In this document: one piece after another, positions 9,001 through 17,300 of the stretch
Layout: each line of letters starts with the position of its first letter
How positions within the stretch are numbered: the stretch's first letter is position 1
Source: an uncultured virus (IMG/VR IMGVR_UViG_3300025277_002331)
Lineage: Duplodnaviria; Heunggongvirae; Uroviricota; Caudoviricetes
Strand: one strand, 5' to 3'
IMG/VR virus record: IMGVR_UViG_3300025277_002331
Location: 1 to 64,000 of that record
Length of the DNA stretch: 64,000 nucleotides
The notes under the pieces: model-generated
What the model saw: only the letters and a program-made list of their open reading frames with translations
What the model was told of the DNA's origin: nothing
Databases searched by the model: none
Program-made: the position numbers and the translations under genes

Positions 9001-11737
9001 ATTTTTAACAGAATTAGAACCGGTTCACAGAAACAAGCTACTCAACCCCCCCGGACACGCTTCCCGGCCCCGGCCTTCGACCCGGCCTTCGACTGCGGTC
9101 CACGGTGCCTCAGCGCCGGGAGGCGTCCCAATAGACTTGACAGCCCCACCGGGAGCGGGCCGACCGTTCACGCCTCAGCCCAAGACCGCGCCCGCGCCTG
9201 TAAAGCCCAAGACCGCGCCCGCGCCTGTAAAGCCCAAGACCGCGCCCGCGACTGTAAAGCCCAAGACCAAGCCCGCGCCCGCGCCTGTCCGCAGCACCGC
9301 AGCAGACAAGACACTGGATGCTTCGCAACAATGGCTGGTATCCGAACAGGCCATGGAGATGATGCGACTGGTTAATACTGGCGACCCAGTAGATGCTAGA
9401 ACAGCCTTGGAAATGCTTAGAACAAATGTCAAAGACACCGGACTTTTCAAGAGTATGGGAGCGCAACTACAAACTAACTATAAGAGAGCAGCAAAGAGTT
9501 TCGTTCCGGTAAAACAAGGAAGGTCTGTAGATTCTCTTGTAACAAACGCACGACAAGTGAGGGATAATGCTTCTGGTATTTCTAAGTCACAGGTTGAGGC
9601 TGATGTACTACAATTATATTCGAGACTTGGCGCTGCTAAGGGAGGTTGGTTAGATAACCCAGTATTACAGAGCCAATTTACTATTAGAGAGCTTGAAACC
9701 CTTGCAAAAGAACTCAATTCGGCTGGTATGGGAAAGCAAGCAGGTTTCTTTAACGACCTTGTAACTAAGATAAAGAATACTAGGGCGAAGCCGACGACTG
9801 CTCCGCCTGTAAAGCCTAAGACGGCGGCGCTGCCGGATGAAGCTTTCACAATGATTGATGAAACTAAAGCCTTAATCCCCGAGCGGTCTGGAGGAGGGAA
9901 GTTCTTCTTAAGAGACCCAAAGACGTTCAACAGAGTAGAGTATAATAGTCTGGCCGAAGCTCAAGCCGCTCTTGAAGAGGGTCGCGCTGTATTTCAAATG
10001 AAGACGCATGGTCGAACAACGGACTTAGCTAACAGAGCGCCCGAACATCTATTAGAGGCGGGACGAAGCTCGGATGATACCGCACAGTTTCTTCAAGCTA
10101 TGAAAGAAAGCGGAGACCCGGACTGGCGAAAGTTCGAAAATGCAGTCAGAAACGCTTCGGTAGGTAGAGAATATCGTGCTCCGGTCGCACACCAATTCCA
10201 TGGAAAGCCGGGTCAGGAGATGCTTAAAGAAATAGAGGGTAGTCTTCAAGGCGGTGGTAAGAATGATTTCATTAAGTTTACTCAGGACTTTGAGAAGACT
10301 TTTGCCGGTGGCGGAAGTTTAAAGGGCGAGCGTCTTACGCACGGCGATGAAGTGACAAGAATTACAGACTACTTGAAAAGGGTGATAGAAAGTGACCCGA
10401 CACTCGGACTTGGTGTCAATGAGGCGGACCTTTTGGTGGGATTTGCAAGGAAGTATCGATTGCCCCCATATCATACAAGAGGGTCGTTTGAGACTGGTAT
10501 ACCATCCAACATACTACCCGAAGGTTTTGAGGGCTTTGCTGCTGGCGGCTGGATTGGCGGAAGGTCGGGAGTAGATAAAAACCTAATTGCTGTAAGTAGA
10601 GGCGAAGTAGTTCTAAATGCTCCACAACAGGCGGCTATTGCTGGCATGGCTGGAGGAACTGTTGGCGGTACGTTTTCTGCGGCTGGCGTTCCCGGTTTTG
10701 GTGGTAATGCCGCCAACACAAGCGGGGCTGCTCAGAGCGGAATGAGGGCGGGGGCGGGGGCGCAAGCCGATGCCCATTCCGCGAGAATCCGCTTCAACCA
10801 ATGGAAAGCATCCGGGTCAACACTTAATTTTGAGGATTGGCAAAAGCAGCAGCACCAGCAGGCGAGCCTACTCCGCGCGCCAAAGCCACAACAGGCTCCC
10901 GCTCAGCCCGCTGCGATGATGCCGCCCGGTCCCCCACTGAAACCCCCGACGAGAAGGTCGTCCATTGCTCCAAGAAGGTCGTCCACTGCTTCTGAGACGA
11001 AATTTCAAGTTGGCATGGGCGCCGGAGAGCAGGGTGTACATGCAACAATTTCGGGTCAAAATGCCGTTAGACAAAGAAAGGGAGAAAGCAACCGCAAATT
11101 TCAACAAAGAGAGAGAGCCAGAGAACATAGAAACGAACAACTTAAATTTGGTTTAGCTAGTCCCAAAACCGATAGAGAAAGAACAATGTTGGGTCTCACC
11201 GGCCAAGGTGGCGCAACGACTTCTCAAAGAAGAGAGGAATACCAGAAGAAATTCCGAGCGGCAAGACAAGGCGGCCTTTCAGCAGAAGAAGCCAAGATGC
11301 AGGCAATGGGAACTGGAAAATCCCAAAAAGTAGGCTGGCCCGGTGCGAATGGACCGGGGGCTGGTGTCGGGGCAAGCGGACAGACTCCCGCTGGTGGACA
11401 AGGTCAGCAAGGTCAGGCCGGTGGACAAAAGATGCCAGACATAGCCGCTTTCAATCAGGCAATGTCTGCACTGGTAGAAAATGTAGGCGATATTGGACAA
11501 TCAATAGCAAGTACTGTTGAAAAACTTTCGGGTTTCACAATGCAGCACGAGCATAATCATTCAGGAACCATAAATATTGGAGGTGTTGATGCCGCCAAGC
11601 AAGCAATTTCGGATGCTATTAAGACCGATATCGTAGATTATGTTAAGGAACAAATCGCAGGCTTGACTATTAATACTAATCAAAATGGACAATCTACTGT
11701 AAGCAACGGCGGCCCAACTCAGAACTCAACCGGATAA
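2..11737 (+). CDS. Giant tail tape-measure-like / polyvalent protein (5'-truncated, >3,900 aa) with ART-like, P-loop kinase and GNAT cargo domains
   Basis: Frame is open from base 2 (WTERQREIH...), so the start lies upstream of the window. TMP-type module FAKGG..GTDTVPAMLTPGEFVIN, Ala/Gly-rich hydrophobic segments (AAAVAGAAIGSLLGPLGTAAGGIAGAALG) and long helical/coiled-coil stretches. Lies directly upstream of tail-like genes. Confidence 0.85.
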   Translation, partial: WTERQREIHEVGNITRGERSADVNLAMEVGRPSYGEDISDELGKERYQRNVRMAGRYEERFKEAAKPITYGGTLYTGFHSNRLQLFGESLGLSRAKVLAGDAFSAGDWVGVNRAKGKTFGKQRKEQKELGEKRFYGRTQEGAPPEMWEGTLNDPRVWEELKGKTGMMRGIVHTSKSQKQASRQDFTMDFGGVMAIRGARGKKGFDLTAKDAGGRYTGSQHYSGGEQEIQFLDPKFRVLSASEGPDFRGSPGLRGKDIGAKDTNPYIKAIMLNRGGRIGFNDGGMAGEHYFVSSDSEAFISWKDVNSFMQEIAASDNNPKINFVAGPSGAGKSFATRNLSMIKDRAKAAKEARAFTFEFGGTKFENMADLVGRTKRSGGQGYWIKTSDETVTSQRASRLAAHQPSARDKRPIGQMKGASRGAPLPSDPKTTGLLAELERAYPGLRKVTSEEVQLLKTGGMAELIPKDKRPYMSAKLSKSPQVVIEHAGEELPDEVADEAGLMARFMANATMPKGMKKRPANWPKIGEEFLKIRGIVQTEDPYKGFHIRQTYPMQQKYRGQGWGTGGYATLAKMMDSRGFPGFYSDRSTSPQASMVWDNLQKHYPDIFPNGIKLLNPDSVNRLKGIREDKARGQTEAVRGGKFRGMAGSDGDPVFGTEFRKKFAKGGAAGTDTVPAMLTPGEFVINKRSAESIGYGKLGQMNKAGKFASGGPVGFAHFNDGGPAVAGIPASSRGTMEVGANIAILSTTLMGVIGSMVKLEGQTKRTVDTITSAVMQIGIMTLAFKAIGGSMGNLGLHIIRSSAVRKRALKIEKNLIERHLALGKSLEEAKKAADLRMGAGGITPAKHQGLFGGVRKFGGEAPIRAKRAFGRFAADPKGAMRRGATSLLEPNEKLATVAMTVAAAAIAGLTVALSKIGEQFEKVRDAAIETGNASEAGSAAVEVFNTQMKKQTVMAAAVAGAAIGSLLGPLGTAAGGIAGAALGSGGSMGPTRRDKLVGKENPLIGWLFGEGAMAPVEPEKVRNPITGVNETVAVRGATLPRTLGEAIVDEFKDTMNFVQQQLGIAGAGRAMTTPEKEARARGESEALADIQRTVLESRRAEQTAQQLTSIGGEPAQRQLLGAQLEVIRKQEVIVNKVLAEIDKIDVEEKRTSTLKKAEDAQKKQTTATLSGVQALSKYIKQQLDAGKTLGQIAVQDIRGQTVSQLVNQYTKALSDSTKELGKHGLKTGEARKTQGEFITLMLDPLRLYQINVLRASEAVRTAGIEFDRVQKEIKLLDVVLSNIVKAGEQMRIFSSAVRDSIAMISGRVSATEFVGQKIDFGMKKPVDAPLLKEESEKLGKIFGLEDLSERFGSVIDTFDNFETKIRTAFKESAHSVIDGGKDWKTRLLGTLGETFGTIKDKELRENLIARANELIVRATEKSGTLAPRVAHDIKLKLLKEAEHLVRPFQEATKFLNKEVDRFIKGYAAALNQQVTFIKKVSDISTLELRARQRVAKAEAGIGPGREMTMAEAKSFGIKKRNVLLAGTGAAGQSGNIGAVFNRASAVISQIQRQNALAERAESRETQLIHRKNALNLKSEFARLKQTIKSFGDVVAQVQVIEERLSKVRGEREARRGFVKDFAFGGNQQRQQMFMARQAVMFASRNQNVNVIPEQFRSEVRNLLDRFRDVALPEFGGRTGDELSKILEANLMRQAGASERMINAVLQEMPEERTLINELKVLGLQEQQAALAGLALESELQGDFFDRINGWADKLDSILSGGLSIDFTTVGGGKLGGRQHGGIEGVTPKRRPGPNDKIPILVARGEGIISSKDMARPEVVAFLKGAGVSGFQGGGPVAGWRGIVNQRNQHQQQRGQQMNSLMREYIMKEMQKNANKQAQLRGQTGGGGRAPIGGRDPNLGFGSKRKFQNYRKGFNKRRASIAKDRMRFYNNPLRQGPMAGQAGVGDLFWADKDPASMTPKQRWRAGFGSQSGGRIGSSPWGAPPGVTSDEHKRWQQTQAANALQNQHAQQAAGGHAPPRSSVTTPRTRRLFKHVNRALNNGDLRTAQRHLRRIPVNHPSHNIYKNLVQKYQAQPDLLEDRRQKTEERRNRGNRGNRGKTTTRIPLVGATNAKPPKKPVQVSKQKTMGQKFLATGLWNLKPNNKGDLELFGPGGWPLTETQLQQIYGLKLSDFVNSDIHIKRQTDKVDASMRESRTTKRVEKKAPPTSEEIIEQAKVRQQRKTAEDKAKAQRAYLKLTQSKWVKENTASPASMLGGARIEGESFGRQRVSSMVKDQSSVIQDDLHGLVNVTLKSKDMKDVPVGDIENIAHEQQKKIESTRKKMHKFVADTTREVLPPELQKMLIDETGNLRTANLGKIKYAEGPDGSGRMIPTEGHINSAIIKQLLDVHKQMAAGIEAGKDQTKPMKLNELRESSRLNIAELTRYFEQASLAEENLRGMQGAAKSSAQIKSLKAQFEKEKGLVGVFGTTDQSVDERSGGSTAGRAIDLWLTNVTQKAHKGVVGGIGMVGGTGAAVVGGLGGLGMDAINAAISLPDTVSSLASGYFGKDAILVENIRRGAEKAGISEKKYATQQGKLGLWREATENRNIDLMEGTKNIRAAGGVGARYASASGKDFFDFARSFIPGLATGPEAGVYSAAQREFNKDRDLMAERAELTGSDLDLLMKHAFTGLGRTSDVAGEGAAMFATGGSESLKVGAGWGWLQKLEKVKQVKVFRNLVNTAKASKAGKLAGKGRALGSSKKYLEAINANEKAKEILTGIGGVAFDTGMFLPRVGGGILKALDDPELFPAIFDLVKSGLKGGAKKIDESWLGNLLKSADSDADILAQLRTATAAPASEAAVTASRGAAATTGRGAAGIHVPFSGSLPGAALDATKSVGTFIKNVTMPFHSPKRAWRGALNWMQEGMDAARLDLPRGGLEAAVKATEDIVTAPRAGMPGTTAGERLLANISEGSGFGAKLDDIGSLLAETGSGADEATRWAQIRLDDFLENAYKASDNVSIEQARKFLTELEPVHRNKLLNPPGHASRPRPSTRPSTAVHGASAPGGVPIDLTAPPGAGRPFTPQPKTAPAPVKPKTAPAPVKPKTAPATVKPKTKPAPAPVRSTAADKTLDASQQWLVSEQAMEMMRLVNTGDPVDARTALEMLRTNVKDTGLFKSMGAQLQTNYKRAAKSFVPVKQGRSVDSLVTNARQVRDNASGISKSQVEADVLQLYSRLGAAKGGWLDNPVLQSQFTIRELETLAKELNSAGMGKQAGFFNDLVTKIKNTRAKPTTAPPVKPKTAALPDEAFTMIDETKALIPERSGGGKFFLRDPKTFNRVEYNSLAEAQAALEEGRAVFQMKTHGRTTDLANRAPEHLLEAGRSSDDTAQFLQAMKESGDPDWRKFENAVRNASVGREYRAPVAHQFHGKPGQEMLKEIEGSLQGGGKNDFIKFTQDFEKTFAGGGSLKGERLTHGDEVTRITDYLKRVIESDPTLGLGVNEADLLVGFARKYRLPPYHTRGSFETGIPSNILPEGFEGFAAGGWIGGRSGVDKNLIAVSRGEVVLNAPQQAAIAGMAGGTVGGTFSAAGVPGFGGNAANTSGAAQSGMRAGAGAQADAHSARIRFNQWKASGSTLNFEDWQKQQHQQASLLRAPKPQQAPAQPAAMMPPGPPLKPPTRRSSIAPRRSSTASETKFQVGMGAGEQGVHATISGQNAVRQRKGESNRKFQQRERAREHRNEQLKFGLASPKTDRERTMLGLTGQGGATTSQRREEYQKKFRAARQGGLSAEEAKMQAMGTGKSQKVGWPGANGPGAGVGASGQTPAGGQGQQGQAGGQKMPDIAAFNQAMSALVENVGDIGQSIASTVEKLSGFTMQHEHNHSGTINIGGVDAAKQAISDAIKTDIVDYVKEQIAGLTINTNQNGQSTVSNGGPTQNSTG
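6255..6285 (+). repeat. 9-bp in-frame tandem repeat (gcaatagag x3.4) encoding NRG repeats
   Basis: Read directly: gcaatagag gcaatagag gcaatagag gcaa. Confidence 0.9.
9177..9288 (+). repeat. 27-bp in-frame tandem repeat (~4 copies) encoding a PKTAPAPVK linker
   Basis: Unit agcccaagaccgcgcccgcgcctgtaa at 9177, 9204, 9231 (one substitution) and a variant at 9258. Confidence 0.95.
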
Positions 11738-11742
11738 ACAAT

Positions 11743-12597
11743 ATGGCAGTTATTTCTGGCAGCTATAATTTATATTCACTAGGACACTTGCCAGCATCTG
11801 GCAACATGTCGCTATATATGCCAGACCCGATAACTTCCAGTGCAAGAATGTCCTTGTACTTAAAGGCGGGAGACCCATCGTCGGGAACCATCCCCCTGTT
11901 TTTGTGGGCGAAGTCAGGAGTGTCAGGGGTTTATGAAACCATACCCCTGTATGTATCACAGCTTGATGAACCTTCTGGAACGTACACAACAACATCGGCA
12001 TCTGGATTAAATCTTTTCATTACAAACTCAGGCGAAACTCAAACAGCCAGTTTAAACCTGACACTTAGAGTTGATAAAGTTTATTCTGCTGAAGGCTCTG
12101 GGGTAAACAATGACATTACATTTTATATGTCGGGGCCAATTTTGGCCTCTTCCATATATCCAAGAGGGACTATGTCGTCACCTTCGGGCGTTTGGACCGG
12201 TGGGGGATGGCCGAGAGAAGAGAAATGGAGATTTGTTAAGCCGTCTGGAGAGTTGGATACTGATTCAACAGACAAGTATGATACTAGTGGATATTATAAT
12301 TATCCGATTGGTGCGGATGATTTGCTTCAAGCTTGGCCGTCAAGCATAAGCCTATTTATAAAGGCTGTTCCAGTTAACAGTGGCATAATGAATTTGGTTA
12401 TGGGAAGAGCAAGCGAAACCAAGTTCCATAATCCAAGCATCGATTTATACCTTAAGGCTCCTGAAAATACAGGGACTGGTATTATAAACTTGACAACAGA
12501 CGCTCATGTCGCGGCTACGGGGAATATGGATTTTGTTATTTCAAATACACATGAAGCTCCTAGTGGTACAACTACACTATATACTCACGGGTTTTAA
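11743..12597 (+). CDS. Putative virion/tail protein with repeated short beta-strand motifs
   Basis: 284 aa Ser/Thr/Gly-rich ORF right after the TMP; recurring motif (SGNMSLY, SGTIPLF, SGLNLFI, PSIDLYL, GTTTLYT). Confidence 0.55.
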   Translation: MAVISGSYNLYSLGHLPASGNMSLYMPDPITSSARMSLYLKAGDPSSGTIPLFLWAKSGVSGVYETIPLYVSQLDEPSGTYTTTSASGLNLFITNSGETQTASLNLTLRVDKVYSAEGSGVNNDITFYMSGPILASSIYPRGTMSSPSGVWTGGGWPREEKWRFVKPSGELDTDSTDKYDTSGYYNYPIGADDLLQAWPSSISLFIKAVPVNSGIMNLVMGRASETKFHNPSIDLYLKAPENTGTGIINLTTDAHVAATGNMDFVISNTHEAPSGTTTLYTHGF

Positions 12598-12599
12598 AT

Positions 12600-14357
12600 A
12601 TGGCAGTTCAATATACTAATAGCTCGGGGGCAGCAAGAAAATTAATCCCCGCGCCAATGGCAAACATCTCCAAGGAGTTCACAAAGAATGGGGCTGGAGA
12701 TATAATTGGCTCTGTTTATAACATAACTCTAACTGGGGTAATGTTGTCATTTAGAGGCTCGCCTAGTTGCGACCCAAGCTCTCTTGCAATCACTTGGAAT
12801 CCTGCAACTGATGATTCCCTTGAGGTTCCAGAAGCCAGTCGTCTTGCATGTATACTCAGAAAGCAAGAAGCTATTAGGGAGTTGTTCCGATATACTGGGG
12901 ATAACTATCTACTAGATGCTGATGATGCTACAGGCACAGGAAAGACTACGGGGGATGGCGGTCTTTTAGAAATACAATCGTCTGATGGTTCATCCCCGCT
13001 AAAGTTTGCGGCGAAGGTAGTTGACATTGATTTTGAAGGAGAAGACCCTTCTAGAGTGGGTTGGAACCAGTTGTGCAGGTATACGATTACGCTTGAAGCC
13101 GAAGCAATGATTGGGCCTGATGGAACAGCCCCGGTTATAGAAGACCAGTTTGCTTGGAACATTTCCGATTCAACAGAAAGTTGGGAAATAGCGGAAGAAG
13201 ATGGCCTTAGAGGGATTACACAAGACGGGCCTGAAGCGGTTGACCCGGTGACCGGCGTGATTGTCGACTATAGCCTTATTACGCCAACCAAATCTTTTAC
13301 TGTCACCCATACAGTAAGCGCCGTTGGAAGAAACAAATACGACATAAACAGCCCGACAATCCTAGCAACCAGCGGTATCGCTTGGCAACAGGCTAGGGGG
13401 TATGTGGAGCAGATTCTCAAATATGAAGCATGTCCGGTTGAAGACCTGACAAGGCATCAGCTTAATGCCAAAGGTGTCTTGGATTTAGAGCCGGGATACG
13501 CAAGCAGAAACCACGCAAGAACCCAGCAGATAGATGAAACCACGGGGTCTTTTTCGGTTACAGAGACCTTCGTTTTAAGTACAGCCAACGCAACAGAACA
13601 GGTCGAATGTCAATTAACCACAAGCGCAGAAGATGCCCTCACTAGAGTATCTTTAAATGGTACTATTACTGGACTTAACAGTAATTGTCCAACCGCATCT
13701 GGAATAAATGCATTTGCAAACGCCAGTGGAGTATGGACTGGGATGAGCAGCAATACTATATTGAGAGGCATGGCGGCTAATCTTGGTGGTATAGAAGACG
13801 AAAATACATTAAATATCATTCCTGTCAATAAAACAGTTGGAACAAATCCCAATCAGGGAATAATTACATATACCATAGACTTTGATAACAGGCCACTGGG
13901 ATGTATTCCGGGGGCACTTTCGGAAAATATAAATATACAAGACACAGTGCCGGGATATTTATTCGCAACGATTCCAACAATCGGAAGAAAGAGAGGACCA
14001 ATACTTCAGTGGTTGGGGGCAGCAGATTCTCCTTACGTAAGAAGTCTTTCTCTTGAAGTTGTAGTGCCTCCTAAGACCTATGCAAATTGTGACGTAACCA
14101 CAATTAAAGACGCACTCATTACCGACAAGCCTAGCAATAGAACAACACCGGATGATATGAAAACTGCTATTGACAAGATTATTGACGCAGCAGACCCCAC
14201 AGACGAAACCGGAGTAGAAAATAATAAGGTTTTCTATGCAGCCCCACAAGAAACTTGGGACTATAGAGCAGGAAGATATTCACTTAATATTACTTGGACC
14301 TATGAGAAGAGCCTTACAAATTACCCGACAATCTTCTCGCCAAATATGAATTTCTAG
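12600..14357 (+). CDS. Putative tail structural protein (distal tail/baseplate region)
   Basis: 585 aa Thr/Asp-rich ORF with beta-strand-like character, tightly packed downstream of the TMP; function inferred from position. Confidence 0.5.
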   Translation: MAVQYTNSSGAARKLIPAPMANISKEFTKNGAGDIIGSVYNITLTGVMLSFRGSPSCDPSSLAITWNPATDDSLEVPEASRLACILRKQEAIRELFRYTGDNYLLDADDATGTGKTTGDGGLLEIQSSDGSSPLKFAAKVVDIDFEGEDPSRVGWNQLCRYTITLEAEAMIGPDGTAPVIEDQFAWNISDSTESWEIAEEDGLRGITQDGPEAVDPVTGVIVDYSLITPTKSFTVTHTVSAVGRNKYDINSPTILATSGIAWQQARGYVEQILKYEACPVEDLTRHQLNAKGVLDLEPGYASRNHARTQQIDETTGSFSVTETFVLSTANATEQVECQLTTSAEDALTRVSLNGTITGLNSNCPTASGINAFANASGVWTGMSSNTILRGMAANLGGIEDENTLNIIPVNKTVGTNPNQGIITYTIDFDNRPLGCIPGALSENINIQDTVPGYLFATIPTIGRKRGPILQWLGAADSPYVRSLSLEVVVPPKTYANCDVTTIKDALITDKPSNRTTPDDMKTAIDKIIDAADPTDETGVENNKVFYAAPQETWDYRAGRYSLNITWTYEKSLTNYPTIFSPNMNF

Positions 14358-14360
14358 TAT

Positions 14361-17300
14361 ATGGCTACAACAAATAATCAAACATCAGACGGTTCTCAAA
14401 CCACCTTTCTTGGCGCCACGATAATAGACTTCAATTCTAGTCTGGCGTTTAGAAGTCAGGGTTCGTCTCTACAGATAAATATCGTAGAAGATAAAGCAAA
14501 CGTAAGAACAACTAACGATATATCTTACGGTAATTATAACTTTACTACAGACGGACAGGGCAGGGTAGCAAGCGTAGCCAACGACCCAAATATTCCAAGC
14601 TCATATCCTGCCGGAGATGAGTTCTATTTCCCTGCTCTGGGAAACGCTGTATTTTTTAAGTTTGAAGAGTTTAAGTTTAATGGAATATTGAAATCTGTAG
14701 AAAGAAATATAAGTCCAGCCGGGGGAGTCACTCACACGGTATCGGTTGAAGACGCAACCTCTGTTCTGGATGGAGTTCAGGTCATTCTGGGCGACTACAT
14801 AGGCATGGGAGAGCCAAACTACGGGTGGTCCACCGCCACGTACAACTACTCAAATAGAGGACCAAGCACATTTGAAGGCGGCGCTCTAAACAACCCCACG
14901 TTTAATTTTGGTTCCAGCCCATATCTAAGTTTGGGAATGTGGAACCCCGGCGGGTTCAGCCAAATATTTTATAACGTGATAAATCCATACGGTTATATTG
15001 AACAGTTTTTTGGATTGGGAACTACTAGAACAAACTGGGACGGTACAATTGCTGGCATGGACCAGACCGGCATGAACTGGCTGACCTGTCTTGAAACCGT
15101 AGTAGATGTTATTAACGAAAAGATATGGGGTCCGCATCATCAATTTGGTGGTCCAATCAAATTTGCTGGAAGCAGATTTAGACTTGATATGATTGATTTA
15201 TGGGATTTGTATGTAGATGGTATACTTCCAGTTAACTATAGATTTGGAACTAACAACTCCACTCTTCTTCAGCTTATCTCGGATGTTTGTCAAACTGCTA
15301 GCTGTGACTTTTACTTGACTATTGACAGGATTGGTAGGGAGCAAGATTACGACCCAAGCTCTACTACAAATGAATGGCTTAATAGAATTGGTCCAGCAAT
15401 AGGTAATGGTGTTGCAGATATAAACGATACAGACCCAACGGACGGCGCTCCTATATCTGGAGTCATCAGGGTAAATGTTGTCAGAAGAACAGCCCCTCCA
15501 ACAAGCCTCACTGTCATACAAAATATGATTGAGGAGTTGGTTGGCGCGGGAGACGTGTCTAGAGGTCAAAGAAACCTAGACAGGCCAGACCAGCCGCAAG
15601 AAACTGCCGGTGTTCCGTTCGAGGCAGACGATGTAGTCACCGACTCCGCTGGCGAACTTAAGAGGTTGGTGTCTGCCACTCACGGTAGGGAGCTTTCAGA
15701 CGACCCGATAGGTAAAGTTCTTATCGGGGGTAAACAGTCTCGTATTGCTACAGGAAACTCGATATTTCAAGTATGGGCCACTTCAACAAATTCCGTTGGA
15801 GCATCTCTTAGTGCTACTGGTGTAAACTCTATTAATGATGCCAGCCAAGTCATGGCTCAGGTTCCCGGTGTCGGATTCTATCTGTGTACAGTTAGAGAAA
15901 TGCGACACGCGATGGTTAGCAAAGATGCTTGGGAGGCTTTTATTTGTGCTTGTCGTTCTGGGATACCAAACGCCTTTAATCCCGGCGGAATGAATATAGC
16001 TGGAGCATATAATATTGGCTCAAGTTTTTCTAGAATAACGCCATCTATTCTAGCAAAGCTACAGACAGGTAACCTAACTCCTTTTCTATATAATGCCTTA
16101 ACCAGAATAGAAACAAACATTTCAAATCAGGTGCATGCTGCTCAGTTAAATGAACAAACTGACAAAATTTATAACGCCGTCAGAACTTTGGCTAACGATT
16201 TTTACGGGAAACAATTGGCGGTCCCTCTTCCGTTAATGGTCAAGGGCTACGGGGAAGTTGGGCAAAGGGTAAATGAGTGGGAAATAACCAGCGCTGGCTG
16301 GGTAGAGCCGGGATATATTAACGGACAATATGATGCAAATCTGGTTGATGACAAAGGAAGAGTTAAGGGTTTTGTAACGTACTCTACTTGGAATGATTTT
16401 AGCGAATTTGGAGACGATGACTTTGTGTATCCAAGTGCTGGAAGTGCTACTCTCGTTAACCTAAATATAGATTCAAAAGTTTTTGACGCTGGGATATACA
16501 ACTACGCTCTGGTTAAAGTTGGCAGCACTCCAAAAAGATTTGACATGAACTACAACGGGCTGTGGGAAAGTATGGACCTCGCCTATGGAACATCGCTACA
16601 GTCTCAAGCCTTTACAACAAGCTTTGGCTCTGACAACGGTAAATATACTATAGCCCCTTCTACGGCATACCCGTTTGAATATGGAGTTCCACAAGAATCA
16701 AGGTATCACGTTTACGGTCCTTGGGCCTCTCAGTCCGCTACAATTGGGACGGGGTATGGAAAGATAGACCTAGAGGTTGACAGCGAATTAAAACCAGAAA
16801 ACTTTGCTTCAACGAACATCTTAGATAGCATAGCCTTGGCTAGAGTTTTTGCTAACACTGTAGACGGACAACAGGCCGAAAGGGGAAGCATAACTCTTAC
16901 GGGTGGGCCAACAAGCGGAACCGACCCGCAGATAGACAGCGTTGACTTAGGAACCCAGCTAATCAATGGAGGCCCATATTTAACAGGGCTTAGTGTTAAC
17001 GTAGCAGCAGACCAGATACAAACAACATACCAAATGGCTACTTGGAAAGTTGCTTTTGGCAAGCTCGCTATGTTCAACCAGAAAAAAATTGAAGAGGTGG
17101 TTAACAATAGGAACAAGGCATCTAAAATATTTAGACAACTATTTAAAGTTCCGCCGCCGAATAAATTTTATACCAACATGAAGAACAAGCTGACTCCTCC
17201 AAAGAGGTTTCAGGCTACTACATCACATCCTTACGTTGGAATGCATGCTTATAAGTTTGGTGATTTTGTATATCCTTATGTAGGCTCTTTAGGCAATGAT

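Noticed and set aside
9177..9288. 27-bp repeats as a CRISPR array or replication iterons
   Set aside because: Units are contiguous without spacers and in frame within a coding linker.
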